64,000 nucleotides of DNA, from positions 181,581-245,580 of the forward strand of contig NMRA01000316.1 of NCBI GenBank assembly GCA_002633005.1, written 5' to 3'. This DNA comes from Phoronis australis (lineage: Eukaryota > Animalia > Phoronida). Position numbers and translations under genes: made by a program. This document shows positions 34,401-49,400 of this stretch, one piece after another (the first letter of the stretch is position 1; each line of letters starts with the position of its first letter). Under the pieces are notes generated by a model, which ran no database searches, had not been told where the DNA came from, and saw nothing but the letters and a program-made list of their open reading frames with translations.

Positions 34401-37400
34401 GATAACTTGGCTCAGGCCTGACAGTCGACTTGTAGAAGAAGTTTGAGAAGGAAGTTGGTGTGAAGAATTTTTTGAGGATGTGCTCGCACTTAATTGCTTT
34501 CCCATGAAAGCTTCTTGTGTTAGAAATAACATGGGCCTGTCTGTGCGAGGGAGGCTATTGCTTTGCTGTACATTCTTATTAAGGAAATGGACGGCTGGCA
34601 ACTCGGGCGACATGACGCGAGGGTGAAAGGTATCCCTTATTATATTTGTCAACGCAGATTCGCTGAATTTTCTCAAAAGTCCCTCTCTCGTGCTGTCGTG
34701 TGATTTCTCACTTTCCCTACGCTGCTTTCTCGTCATGCTGCCAGATGGCGTGTGAGTCGCACTTCCTTTAGCAGATTCAACGCTAGGCTTGCGTTGCTTG
34801 TTCATTGGAACTTGGCCAAGTCCGAATCGGATAATATCATCAGCGCTGCGACTGCTTTGGGAGCTCGGGGGTCTTTCTTGCACAGCCCTATAACTGCCAA
34901 TAGGCATGTCATTTGATGTCGACTGGCAATGAACAGGTGACGAATCTTTGCTCTTCTGAGGTGGACTCGATCCATAAGTAGTGGACACCTGAGGTTTGAC
35001 GATGTCAGATACCGGCGCCGGGCTCGATTCTTCCAAATTTGTCTCTGGAACGCTTTCTAACAAATGGCGCTGTTCTTCAGGCACTGCAAAGAAAGAATGA
35101 ACATATTAACGAAGGCCTACTACCAAAGTATTCAATGGTTTAGTGAATAAACAATGTAACTTGGCACCGGTAGGTGAAACTATAGTCTAGATTAGGCTGA
35201 AAAAACGAAATTGAGTCCCCCCCCCTACTTATTGTAGATGATGACTCAGTTGATTGTGGGCTCCGACTCAACATGGTGGTAGAATTGGGCAGCGTACATG
35301 TAGAAGACAACATTTGGAATCCGTGGTATGTGGATGAAACAGCTAAGTTATCGGATTTTTTCAACTGGAATAAAAAGGAAGAACACGGTCGACGAAGTTA
35401 AGAGGAGTAGATTTCGACTGATCCGCTAACGAAGAACGTGGAGTACCGCAAACTCTACTAGCTCATCGTTAGTTTCGTGTGGCGTAGTAGGAGACCACGC
35501 GGCAAATTTCCAGCTGGTTTTGGCCTTCAATCTTGACATCAAAGTGACATACATGAGCGCACAATTTGCAGTTTAAAGATAAAAAGATAAAAGTCACACG
35601 ACTCAAATCTAAATAAACGAAGCAAAAATCTCAGTTGCGTACAGTGTACGTCGCAAAATTTGGACGCTAGTGAGAAGGGCTGCCGATCGTAGAACGAAGC
35701 TATCAGGAACATGGGTTTCATCATTGTACTCGAAATTTAACTAGAAAGTATTTTGGCACTTTTCTGTTCTCTTTCGTACGAACTCAAGATAAGTGCCTTC
35801 TGGTCTGTCCTAAAGTGCATTGTAGTTCGTGCACATAACTTTTTAGTCCAACTTAGCTCTTGATGAGAAAAAAATCATTCAGGTTCAGACTCGAATTTTT
35901 AGCCTTAATGCTGGGGTCTACAAGTGCAATTAGTATGATAAAGTGGTCCAAGTAAGTCATTATGTACTCGTGAATACAAAAATGGAGTTCAATGAACCTG
36001 GAGTTCAAACAAATGTAGATTACAAAATGCCAAAATTATTTCGGGTTGGATTTCGAGTAAAAAGATTAAACCCCGGGTCTAGATTGCAATAACGATAAAG
36101 TCTACAATTATGGTAGCAGTGAATTCAATGGCACAATTCAACATCACAACCTCACCGACCATTCACTTCACTGGCCGCCATTTTGCTAAGCTAGTCTAAG
36201 CATACTCCCAAGACACTCGCTGCTCACTTTCGTGATTTCACGACTTCTTGCGAGATCTTGATTTCTCTCAAGAAACTTGGTCTGCTGAGCGCTCTCCAGT
36301 TTAATGTTTGCAAATATTTTGGACAGGTTTACTTAAAGTGCACAACATGCGGCGACTATACATGCATATTCATGTGTTTCATGTGCTGGCTTCAGTGTTG
36401 CCATAATGTGATTCACCAGAGGATTGATTTTGAAAGGTCGGCCGGGGCGGCAGCAATGGCGGAGCACATGGGACCACGGAGTGATGAGGTTTGACGCCAG
36501 CAACTGGTCGACCTGTCAATTCTGGAACGAAACAACAATTGCTATGAATAGCTACATTGATGCAAATACAAATACATGATCCCACCTAGACCCGCAATAT
36601 CGAGTACATTTAGATGTTTGTAACTGAAATTTATTTTGATTTTCAGGTCGAACTCGGTGAGACTTACGCACACAAGCTGGTATTGAGTGAAACATTTTTA
36701 CCTAGATGTGAATTGTGCAAAAATTCAGCGAATAGGCTTTCATCAAGTAGACATGTATCTACTCGAAGAACCACAAGTAAACTACTCAAAAAGTAAGGCT
36801 CACATCGTTTTTTCAACTAAATATGACAGGAACGATCGACTTGAAAAATTCGAAAAAGCAAACATCAACTGACACGTACAGCATTGAGTAACTTTCGCTT
36901 AAGCAGCAGTTCAAGAATTTTCATGAACTTCCTGAGATGCGCTCAGGATTTTATCCAGTAGTTTTTGGTGGTCAGGCTGTGTTGAACAATACTTTGAACA
37001 CTGAGAATTACTCGAGGTTTCGAGTACTCAGTTTGGTTGAGTACGCTTTGGTGGTCTCCAAAACATGAGGGATTTTTAAGGGTGTTATTCAAGGGCTTAG
37101 TTAAGTATGGTTTTGCGGCCCAGATGTCTTGCTCATTAGGAAGCTACAGTGAAGGTTTTACCATTCTTCGTGACTGCAAAAGCCGCGTCGTTTGTCCGAG
37201 GAGGCACCCTTTTGCTAAGAAGTAGATATGTATTCATTTCTCCCTTGCCTTTCACGGTAATTTTTCCGCGATCTTCAAATTCGTACAAATCGCGAAGTGC
37301 ATCAAAAACCTCTTGAGTGACCTAGAATTAAATGAGGAATGAACTGATTTCGGTGTTTGTTGTTGTTACCGGCTTCAAATGCATTAGACAAGCACATGCA

Positions 37401-40400
37401 AACTAATACTAGGCTCATAACCGTACTTTGATTTTGAATAAGTACAAAGCCGAGTCATTGAGCATTTGAAATGCAAGAGCAAGTTCAGTTGCATGCCAAC
37501 AAACATGCGCATAAATGCATACAAGTCATACGCTGCATGGGATGGCACTGTCACACGTCACGTTGAAATTGTTGAACAATGCTTTCGACCTTACGAAACA
37601 CTTAAGAATTACCCAGCGAGTTGGTTTCGAGTTTATGAAACCCGGCCCTGATCGAGCACATACTGACCTGAACTCGTCCTAATTTCCCGGTAGAGTCCAT
37701 CCGACTTGCCACGTTAACAGTGTTCCCCCAGATGTCGTATTGTGGCTTGCGAGCGCCAATAACACCAGCGACGACTGGCCCAACGTTAACACCTGTCAAC
37801 AGAACATCGATAAAGCGGACTGGGAACGCATTTTTTTTCGCGGAAAAGGGTGTGACGTCATTAATAGGCTGCATAAGTATACTAGTGAAAAATGTAAAAA
37901 ATCAACTCAACGCAATTTTAGTTAGTGATTAAGCTACTAGACAAAGCTCTGAGTGACGAATTCACGAAAATAACCAGACACCTTTATAATGTCAAGACTT
38001 TGTACACTTAAGCTAGACAATAACGAAGCGGAAAAATATGGCGACAACGGTCTTTTCATTGGCTAGCCGTCAGTTCGTATTTTAGTATTAGCACGTGTCG
38101 TAGATAATTCACACAACAAAGAGTGTTTACACTTACCAACTCTAAGTTGAAAGTTATTATAAGAGTTCTCGTTGATATTCTGCAGTTTCATCTTCATGGC
38201 CAGAATGAACTGCATCAAGATGTTCAAAGAGTTTGTTATGGACTCCTGCGTTTCCTTAAAATAAGAACGACCTTTGTAAACAAATGCGCACGAGGTTATT
38301 TGCGTAGGCTTCTTTTAACAGAGGGAATCGGTTAAGTCTACAGAAACTGAAGACCTGAGCACACTTGATATCTAATAAAATACTACTCACATTTATCATA
38401 AATTTTGGTAGCAATCCATACGATGCCATGTATGTGCTTCCAATTGTCTTAATCTTGTCCAATCCTCTGAAGCGAGCATCGTTAAGCAACTGAAACGATG
38501 GGAGTAGCGTGACTATAGGTCACATCAGAGACTTGGCCGACATTTCTAAGAAGCAAAGTAAGCAAATTAAAAACACGTGTTCTTCACCAAACAAAATGTT
38601 CCAAGCGACGAACATGACGGAATATTACCTGAAACTACACTCTACTAAATTTGTGATGGCAGCAAATGCATCTGAATAGATAATAGACACGACTTCTGCG
38701 ACATGTTTCTAGCTATCACAAAACGTATGAATCTCGAATGTTTAAAAGGAACGTAACCGTTTTTCATGTAAGGTTTAAAAAGAGGACAGATTCCTGGTTA
38801 TGGTGGAGATGCAATTTTCCTTGTTAATGGCTGTTTCCTGTGCTATTGCTACACAAGAAATAATAAAAAGTGACGTGAACAACTCGGCAAAAAGTCAGGA
38901 TCTTGGTTTTGCATTCACTTTCATTTTCATGCCCACTACTATGCAGTCTGCATCGGTCATTGGTCATCGGTTGGCTGAATGTGAGGAAATGTAGAAACAA
39001 GACGCAGGCCGTTTACGTCACTTTGTTTTATTCCGCGTACGATAAATACACGACAAATGAACAGTAATTAACAAATCCCAATGGATGTCCAAGATAACCG
39101 AAGACCTTATCGAAAATAACACCAAGCACGATTTCCTTCCGTTTTGCAGCAACCAGCAATCACTAACAAACTATCATATAGAATGATAACTGTACGTCTA
39201 CCTCATCAAAGTCAAAGAATATTTCATTGAGAACACGTAGACATTCCATGCCCTGGTTGTTGGCATCTAGTTCCATGTAGAATTCCGAGAAGTTCGGTAT
39301 TGATGCAAAGAACACGCCCACTTTAGAGTACTGTTGACTGTAGAGTCTCTGTAAAGCGAATAGGATTTAGTAACACAATCACATGTCCTGTGTTCCATCC
39401 ATTCGTCGACTTGGGCTTAGAACTATTTAAATGTACAGTCTTGCAGCTACACCTTACGTGCGCCGAAGTCAAAGTATGCTTGCTGACCCGATACCCTCGA
39501 ATTCACTCGTGTTTTGCACGTGTTCATGAATGGCAAACGTATACAAACACATGGGCAGTACAACCTAGGAGCTGACATGCGCTATCAGGAGCACTGTTGA
39601 ATCATCCACATTTAATAGTTAAATATACAGTACTCATTGTTCTGTTTCATGAAAAATGACTTCAGACTTAAAACAGAAATTTGGTTTTTGGCTGTATATA
39701 GACAATTCCGAAAATATAATTAAATCTCAATTGAGCAAAAGTGCAGTCTCTGAGAATTTGCACATACTGTAACTGCTAGTTGTTGAGGTTATGTCTACAA
39801 ATTACATGTTGTATTTCTAGACTGTGACAGGTTCATAGTAACTTGGCTTAAATTCCATTCAGGAATAGGGAAATGACAGCGTAAGACTACTTGTTTTAAG
39901 TCTTTAAGTCACTTTCACTAAACGTACCTCTGGTGAACCGCCCATATATAGCGCGGGTAGTTCGGGATGAGAGTAATCATGGTATTCCAGGGCATGGGTA
40001 CATGTATATGGATACATTTTGTTCTAGATGGTCACTTAAAATATGGATATAACTCCACGGTTGGTCTCACCATTTGGGTGCGGTAGGTCTCGTCGAGGAA
40101 GTGAGCTGCCACGTGAGTGGGAAGTAAGTTACAGAGAATCTTGTGATTGTTGGCTTGTAACTCTGTCATCTCCTGCTTTTCTTCCGTTGCCTACACGGAA
40201 TGATGCAAAGCAGCCAGTGTCGGATTATAACAAAACTGCATTCCAAAAATTAACGAATTGAATAAATAGTTTATGCTATGTCTTTCAACATTGTAACGAA
40301 TGTAGGTAATTTTGGAAATTGCGAACATAAACGTAACACTGCAATCTGCTGGACCAAAGTGGATTGGTTGTAGGCCATAAGCAAAGTTAGCCTAAAAGTC

Positions 40401-43400
40401 CTAAAACAAGTATTCGATTAACGGGACCGAGTATACAAAGAACGTAAAAACAGTGTGACAAAGGCATTCGGTTCAAAAGTTACCGGTACTATTCGAGGTT
40501 CTGTGTATGCAAGAGCTGTAAAACTAATCAGATCCACATCCGTGTAATGTGTTTGTTAGAGTTGTGTCCAATACCTACTCTACGTCGCGCTCTCTAAGTA
40601 CCAACCGATGTACCATGGCAGAGAATCCGTCGGGCTCATTCTCCTACGTGCATGTACATTGTATTGCAACACCGACATACGGTAAAATGCTTAATTATTG
40701 GGTATTGATTACGTTCGGCCGCCTCGCGATACCAACCTGTGATTTCCATAGAAAGTCAAGTCTGTATGTCCACTCGTTATGGCGTCCGTGAATATAGAGG
40801 GATAAGGTGAAAATTGCCAAGACTACAATACCCATTATGTCGGAGGGAATGTCCTGACTGCAAAAAGGAGGGTGTAGGTTATGATTAAGAATATGTGAGA
40901 CGTAGCTATTTCAAGTTACTTCCTGTTGTTTAACAGAGTGAATTGACTTTCCCATTTCAAGTTACTTCCTGTTGTTTAACAGAGTGAATTGACTTTCCCA
41001 TGAGTCAGAAGAAGAAGTTTGTTGCTTTAACGGCATGTTAAAACTCTCCATATGAAGGTACATGTACCTCCTTCCATCATCCGGAAATAAAAGGGTAGTA
41101 CTCATAACGACACTCCCATCCAACTCTCCAAACCAAAACAATACTCTGTAACCCTCGAAAGTTTGGAGCACGCTCCTTACCAAAGTCTGCTAAACCGGCA
41201 AGCGTGACATGGGTTGTTGTCCATGTACACAACAACTGTAGGGAAAGACCAAGAACCGTCATATACATGTACCATCTGCGACACAGTGGGTGTGCGTTTT
41301 TAGATGACTCCAGGTTTCATCACTCAAGTGAAAGGTCAAATGCATATTTGCAGGGAACAGAACGAGGATTTGTTGAAATCACCAATACATGGTTTAGTAT
41401 CCCTTTAACTAACTTTTACTGTTTTGTCAGAGTTCCTCAAACAGAAAGTTGGTGGGTTAGTGGGTTCAGACATTTCAAGTCAAAACTTTTCTGTACGTTA
41501 ACCAGTACATTCACATCAATTCAGGTAATATTTCGATACCTGATAAATTACATGAACAATCTCAAAAAAGCGGGAAAACATATTTTAGCCTGGTGGCACA
41601 GGTTGTTCTGGGGAAGGATGGACAATATCAGTGGAACAACTTAAATCATTCATTTGCTTGTTGTAACAAGGGAACTCTTTTGTAATTCTGAATGAAAAAA
41701 GAGAGTTTATCACAAGCCGATTATCATCAGATATCAGAGGAAGAACAGCGCGACTTACTGCGTCGATTTGTCGTACATCCTGAACAGACCCGGATGAGTA
41801 ACCTCCAAGGAAACGATAATAATCCCAGACGTAGCCGATATTAGAACTACTTTCAGTATTGCAGAGACGCGTAGGAACACGGAAATCATAAAGAAGACCA
41901 GCACGCCGCTGATGACGAAATATTGTGGAAAGACGCATTTTAGATGCTCGGTATTTTCTGCCAGTCCGTATTCCACGATGTTCCCGAAGACGGCACCATC
42001 TTTACAGGTAAACTGGAAAATAGATTGTAAATTCCTGCGTAGCCAGACCCAACTAGGTGTGTCAAATTTGTAAGCGTATCACTAAACTGGCCCTGTTGGT
42101 CTGATACACGTTTCATCAGACGACCATAGCCGCTCAGTTGGGCCCATTCCAACAAATACCTGGGCCTGGGGTCTAATCCGTGCATTCGAAATCGAAATTA
42201 ATTTTGGAACTTTCTTGTCTACTTTTGGGCGAACTCAACGTAGGTGTCTCTTTTTCAGTGCTCGAGTACATAATGACTTAAGTGAAAACTTTCTGATCAT
42301 GGTATGCAGTTGAAGACCTCAGCATTAAGGCTAGGAATTCGAGTCTTTTACTCGAAATCTTAAATTTTTACTCGAATTTGTAGCACGAAGTTAGGAGTCA
42401 GAAAATGCCAAGTAGAATTGGGAACTCGTACAGAATAACACACACATATTGTGCTTGCATAAACGCAGAATAGAAAATACCAAAAATAATTTCGAGTTCG
42501 ATTTTGGGTGCACTTATCGCAGACCCTGGGACCATTACCATCAACAAGTGCACACATATAACATACAGTGTACATAGACGAATTAAGACCGAGCTGAGGA
42601 ATTAGTGCCCTGAGTCGACCAGTAGGGTCCAATAGGATGCGAGCTGACGAGCTTGTGGACAGGATACAGACGCTCAACCCACAAGCCCACACTGCATGTT
42701 CAAATCATACCACAAGTGTCACGCACTAACCCATTGGGATATCAAGTACATGTATTACGAACAAATGAAAATTAAAATAACAACCCATCGAAGGCATGTG
42801 GCTTTTGGTTGTGGCTAGAAGTAGCACTTCCAAGAGGTAATGTACAAATAGTTTCAATCCAACAAGGCACCAACCAAAGTCTGAAGTGATAGCAGCCGCA
42901 GTTGAATTGATAGAGCTTACCACGTTGATTTGTACCATGGTAAACACAAGAAGGATGGTCATCAGCATTATAGACCTTCGTATCCAAGGGATACCACGGA
43001 TGTCTATTTTGACGCACTGAAACGAAACAAAAAACGCCATTAAGTCAGATATCATATCCGTGAAAGGTTAATATGAGAGGATAAGCGTAAGATTCCGCAG
43101 GGGTACCTTAAAGCGATTCTACATTACGTTATTCTATGACTTGGCCTAACAGAATTAGTGGATCTACTTCCCTGAAGTTATAAGAATTGGGACACCATAC
43201 CAATACGTCCTGACTGAGGCAACGTGTATTGTACTGTGTAATTCGATGTGAGCATTCTTCCATCTCAGTGGTCGATTAACTCGCGCGAGGCGTTAGACAT
43301 ACTTGTCAACTTAGCAGAATTCGCATGCTTCAAGGTTGTTCCAATCTTTCGACAAAAGGCGAAGGCGTCAGGGTAATAGTTTATTTCAAAGAGCCTAAAA

Positions 43401-46400
43401 CTGGTGAAACTTAAGTATTAAACGCTGGTTACTTTAAAATAATATCCAAAGCTTACAGAAGCGATTGTTATGTTATGGGTAAAACATAATGCACTCGAGC
43501 ATAGAATGATTGACACTTGCCTTGAGCTCCTATTAAAGCAGGACGGAAAATGTCAAAAATAATTTGAGTTCAACTTCCGAGTACACAGTTTAGATCACGG
43601 CCACAGGTCCCGTTTTTGATGGTTTGATTATACCTGTAGTTGACGTTATCGAACCTTACCTTTAATTTTATGCTGAGAATAATAATCAAGACAAACGATA
43701 TCCAAACAAACGCCGCCAAAAATAGAGTGAGCAACAGGAGAGACCTGAAATTCAAGAACACAGCAGTTGAATAGTTATCAGCATTTACAGTAATTGCGAT
43801 TGTGCAATCGAAACGTGATCACGATTAATCTACCCTAATAACTCGTTCAAGTAGTATTTTTCTAGTTTGTGGATGAGGTCGAGTGACCGAAACATCCACC
43901 ATAAGCTGCATGCCTTATCACGATATGGTTAAACAAACATATGACAAAAGACATACTGATTTACCTGGGCAACATGAGGACGTGAACTCCACCCATACAG
44001 AACAGAATGACGAGGGCACACAACATGGTACTGTCGAATGAAACGTCTTGCAGTCGCTGATACTAAAATACAAAATGATAGATCAGGGTCCGTGACCACT
44101 AAATTTTACTCGTGACTTGCCTCGAAAATGGATCAGTGACCTAGTGTAAAATTTGAAAAATCACTCAGAGAGACGTGCTATCGGTGAACTTTCGAAACTA
44201 GTTTTGAGTAAAGTTTGTTTTACAGGCCCTCACCAACGTGAACAGCTGGGATTGATTCGTATGTTTCAACACAGCATGGAAATATCAACTGAAAGTGATC
44301 ACCCAGCAGTTGTCGTCACGTTGAAAGTAGTCAAAGAACGAACATTCTAAGGTTGGTTTGTCAGTACTTTTAACGTGAAAAGAGATTGACGCTTTAATTC
44401 CCTGAGGCGCAGAGTTGCTCTAAAAGATGGGCATCGATTTCTGGCGAACACTTATAGATTTAGTTTAAAAATATACTGGTAGCAAACATTACCAGATAAT
44501 CAAAATGTCCGCTTACTTTTTTCTCTGTTTCACCTTTCCTAAACCGCAGCGTGAAAAAGTTGGCATGATGGGACCTTTCACGGTCTATACTTCTAGCTGT
44601 GATAGCTTGGGCGAGGTATTTGTTCACTCTATCTGTCGGCTGGTTGCGTACATGTCTAAAAATCATAAGTTACACAAAATACAAGACATCAGCGATACCT
44701 GAAGTTAAACAAGTATCGTCGCAATCGCAATGTTACGTGACTATGTCTACAACTGGGGTCAACTACAAATGCGCGTCTACAGCACTTGCTGTCACTTTTC
44801 TTATTCTGCAGTGGCTTAATTAGCACCAGGTGGCAGCAAATATAAAGTTTGGCATGGTACATTGCTAACACGTGTTAGTAACGTATTACGAGTAATTCAT
44901 TACCTATTAACAAACGGCTTGCGGAACTTTTGTGACAGTCGACTCTGCAAAAAAGATACAAGCAAAACTGGGGAAATTGTTTAAAACATCTCCATAAACA
45001 GAATAATCACTCGAAATAGATAATTTGATATAATTATCACCCGTCTCAGTTGCTTTATGTGTACTGTACCGGACTTTTCAAAACATGAAGTAGCAGTGTA
45101 AGACGAGCTGTACCTCTCCTGCTTAAAAAAACTCACATCATTGCATTCTAAGTCGTCACAATATTGTCAGCCCAGTACCTCCTGCTTTCAAAACTCCATA
45201 GGTGCTGATTTGATCCAGTATTGTCACGCAAGGAAATCCTTACGTCTTTTTCCAGATTATTAATGATACAAAAAGCTTGGGATGGCAGATGCGATCAAAG
45301 AAACGACCAAAGGTACTACGAGAACATACAACTATGACATTCATTCTTCACCGCACTGTTGAAAGAAACTCACGAATCTGCTGTGATGAGTGGCGCATTC
45401 AGATGGTTGGGACATCAAAGGCTCTGAAGAGCTCTGTTGTGCTAACACGTGAGAAAACGGGATTTCAGCATTGAATTTTACGGAGTGCATTAGTCGAAGC
45501 ACACAGGCAGATACGCCTTTAAATGACAGCTTCTTTGTCCTGGTGCCACTGGCGGTCTTTCTATGCACTATGCTAGATTGCTGAAAACAAAAGAGCAAGC
45601 AATCATCTCTTGAGTGTATAGCAATTTAGCCCAATCGTGTTTTTCGGTAGCAGCACATTGGTAAGATCAGGCAAATTGAAAAACGAATTTAACATTCAGT
45701 GATAATCAATTACAACTGTACACATGTTCTGGTATAATACACCAAAACTCCTACACCAAAACACACACAGCGTAGTCACTTACATAGGCTAGCGTCCCGC
45801 TACTTAAAATTACATTGAGTGCCGTCTCAAAGTCATACGCAATAATTACGCCAAAAAAACATTTAAGACATTAACCCCGACCTCAATAAAGCCATATGAA
45901 ATTCGATTTTCACAGTTTCGTAACATTAAATTTAACAATGGACACTCGTTACTGCGTGAAACGGGGTGTGGGAAGGAAATAGTAATATTACAGAGACAGC
46001 GGTCAATAAACCTGCGCGGCTTGTAGTATGCATACATCGTTTGCGTTTGGGTGCAAAAGCAAAATTTCCCTTTAAAATCAATGAGAATTGCAGTGTGAAA
46101 GGCATTATCACCGAGATAGTAGTAAAAGTGCCGTAGGTCTTGCAAGTGGCAGAACGATACTTGATATGCTGCTAGAACGCTGCGCTGACTGTAACTCGCG
46201 TATGAAGGATAGTGAACGACTCCCTAATGTGTTATTAAATTGATCAAGATAAACCCAATTTTATTTTTATTTATATATAAATGCATATTGACTTGTGTAC
46301 CCTGCGAGGTTGAGAGGAACGTATCAGATACGTCTCTATCCCCTGTTCCTTCAAATATTGACTTCTTTCACCGCCTCGACCAGGTTCAACAATGTATTCG

Positions 46401-49400
46401 TCGTGGAGTTCATCGAGCGTCGCTTTAGTGATGTGGACCCGGCTGAAACCAATAACTAAAAAGTTAGAACAGCAGTCCGCATTAATAGCATAAAAATATA
46501 AGTGCATCAACGTAGTGAGGACACTGGCTCTGCTCCATGTAGCAATACATGTATATACATGTAGACATGCGCGATACATGTTCATGTACATCTGCATGTA
46601 TATGAACACGGATATGGAAATGTATACGTAAATCTACAGTATATCTAATTGCATATGTGTATATACATATAGTGAATGGATGAAAGGAAGAAATGGCAAC
46701 AAAGAGGGCTATGAAGCCAACGCCACAATGACCGGCAGTGAGATATAGTGACGTTGAGTGTGATGGCGAGGAAACTAGAACGGATGCCGATGAACAGGGA
46801 AGAGGGCTATGCTAAAGATGACGACGTAGATAATAAAACAGAGTAAAATGGTGAGGGAGACGATAATCGCAAACCTACAAAACAAAAAATCTTCTGGCCA
46901 TTAACGGACACGCCCCGTATACTGACCTTCAAATAGCCACTTCTAAACTGACGCAAAACGGCTAAAACCGATAAAGAAGTGAAAACGACGAAATAAGATC
47001 AAGTAGGATACTCGTAAACAACCATACATGTATAGGTGAACATTTTTCATTGCATTTGAGCAAGATTAATGAAAGAGCCCCAAACAGCGACATTTGTCGA
47101 ATTTGAATAGAAATAAGAGACTGGGCAAAATGAAGACTACAGTACGCTCAAAGACAAGGGCGTAATGTTATTGGAGAATGGTGAAGGTGAGGGAGATGAT
47201 GATGATGATGATAATTATGATGATGATGATGATGACAATGAAGATGACGATTATGATGATGATGATGATTATGACGATGTTGATGAGAGCTAAGGCGATG
47301 AGGATGGGATGAAGCTGACGACGATGGAGGGGAGAATGATGCTGACGCTAAGAACTAGTGAACAGAGCGGGTGAATGATGACGAAGACAACGTAGTTACG
47401 TAGATAACAATGACGGAGGAAAGAACCGTGCGAAGGATAAGGACTGTTGAGCAGAGAATATGAAAGAACCATGCGAAGGATAAGGACTGTTGAGCAGAGA
47501 ATACGAAAAATTGTGAAGATAACATAGTCACTTTGGGGAAAATGACAAGAAAGATGTCGAAAATAAGATTTAGCCTACGAACGCTGTCGCAAAATAGTGC
47601 CCTTTTAGACAATTTATCAGATACTTAGGTGAGTATAAGGAACGGAAACCAAGCGCGTTTGTAAAAAAAACATCGCCATTACCCCGGCACACCTCCAGCT
47701 TCCATGTGATTTGCCAGGGTGACGTCATTGCTCCAGACATCGTACTGCCATTTTTTCATCCCCATAACACCACAGAGTACGCGGCCGGTGTGGAGTCCAA
47801 CTCTCATGTTCAGAGCGATATCGGTTGCCTCCCGTACAGCTCTGAAAATTCAGAAATGGCTGCCACATCAGTGATTTACTTTGTTGAACATCATTAACAT
47901 TCGTCATTCCCCTATGTACTTTCATTGTGCATTGGCAGATCTCGGATATCGTGAAAAAATTCTTAAGGAGAAATGCCTCCGTTGCCCCCAAAACGGTATG
48001 CCGACGGCATTATTTATCTCGTTGGTGTGGTCCGGAGGCCTCTAAAGCAGCTTGTGCTTTGACCTATATTTGTAGATTCTGGAACCACTTGATTGGCTTT
48101 TCTGGTTTCGCCGGGTCAACAGAAATCCGGCTTACAGACCAATCAGATGATTTAAGACGCTTGACCAGGCGAAACCAATCAAAAGCAACAACTGTTGAAG
48201 ACTTGTTCCAACGGCTCAGAACTGATCAACTTATTCCTTTCACCTAAATCATTGCCTCAATCATATTAGTCCCATAATTTTATATGTAGCCTCAAGCATG
48301 TAGCAATTGCTCAACTCGAAACAGAATCAATTAATAATTTAACTGGGGATTACGTTAAATGCAAGAATGGGCTTGTTGCATCAAGCAACTTCTTTACGCT
48401 GCACCTCATAACTATTTAGGGAACCAAACAAAATGAAGTGCATTTTAAAAGTTTCCATGCTTAGTAATGAGCAAACATATTCCACAGTTCGTGTTATTCT
48501 GTCCACGTGACGCACAAAGGCAAAACCAAGTTACACGGCCAATTAATTCTTAACCCCGTGCGATAAAGGAAACGTGTCGTGTCGTCCATTTAAAAGCGTA
48601 ACCAAGAACAGGTACCTACAGTGGTTCCATTGAATGAAGGCACATGTACCAAACTGGCTCTCAAAATCCGGAGCCCCCCCTAGTGACTATTGTCGAACGA
48701 ATCTCTTACGAAATAGCTTCAATCATGTCCAGACCCATCTCGACACAGCATTTGGCGTGATCAGATCTTTGCTCTGGTAATCCACAGACGCAGTAATAAC
48801 AATCTCCTAGGATCTTGATTCGAAGGCAATGATTGTCCTACCAATGAAGAAAGATATGCTAGCTTAGCGAATAAAAGCAAACCACCACAAGCACGAACTC
48901 GCATTTCCAGATAAAAACATCAAGAGTTTTCGGTGACAATATCATAGCAAACTGAATTCACTGATACGAAAGAGATAGGGACTGACACCTTTTGTAACTT
49001 TCAGAATTACGGTACTTTTAGTATTTTCCGTTACAAATAAAACCCTCGACAAACAAATTTGGCGGTGCCAATCTCAAACTGGCCGCTTGGTGACTTTGCC
49101 CAGGCAAACTTGACCTAGTTTCGAACCAGACTTAATTCCAATTTAGATCTCGAAAATGAGACAGTTTGGTCAGATTGGCATGATGAGCTAAGTTCTTATC
49201 GTCGTCTTAGTCATACCAGTTTAAGTCAAAAAGCATGTTCGTCTGATTTTCACATACTGGTTGACCTTATCCTCTATTTACCAATCAAGTACCAGATTTC
49301 AGATCTTCAAAAGCTAGTAAAGTGTGGGTTCTAGAGTAGCCTATGTACTTAGTTGCAAACCCAGATTCCGTAAGCATTTGTGTTTCGTATACATCTCGAA

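Noticed and set aside
32403-35084. 893-aa ORF as a stand-alone gene
   Set aside because: It starts at a splice acceptor (GTG, not ATG) and has a consensus donor at 32459; phases join it to the adenylate cyclase.
41181-41275. Extra hydrophobic exon in the cyclase M2 region (good GTAAGG donor)
   Set aside because: Either acceptor (95 or 56 nt) shifts the frame, and the flanking exons already join correctly. At most an unproven poison exon.
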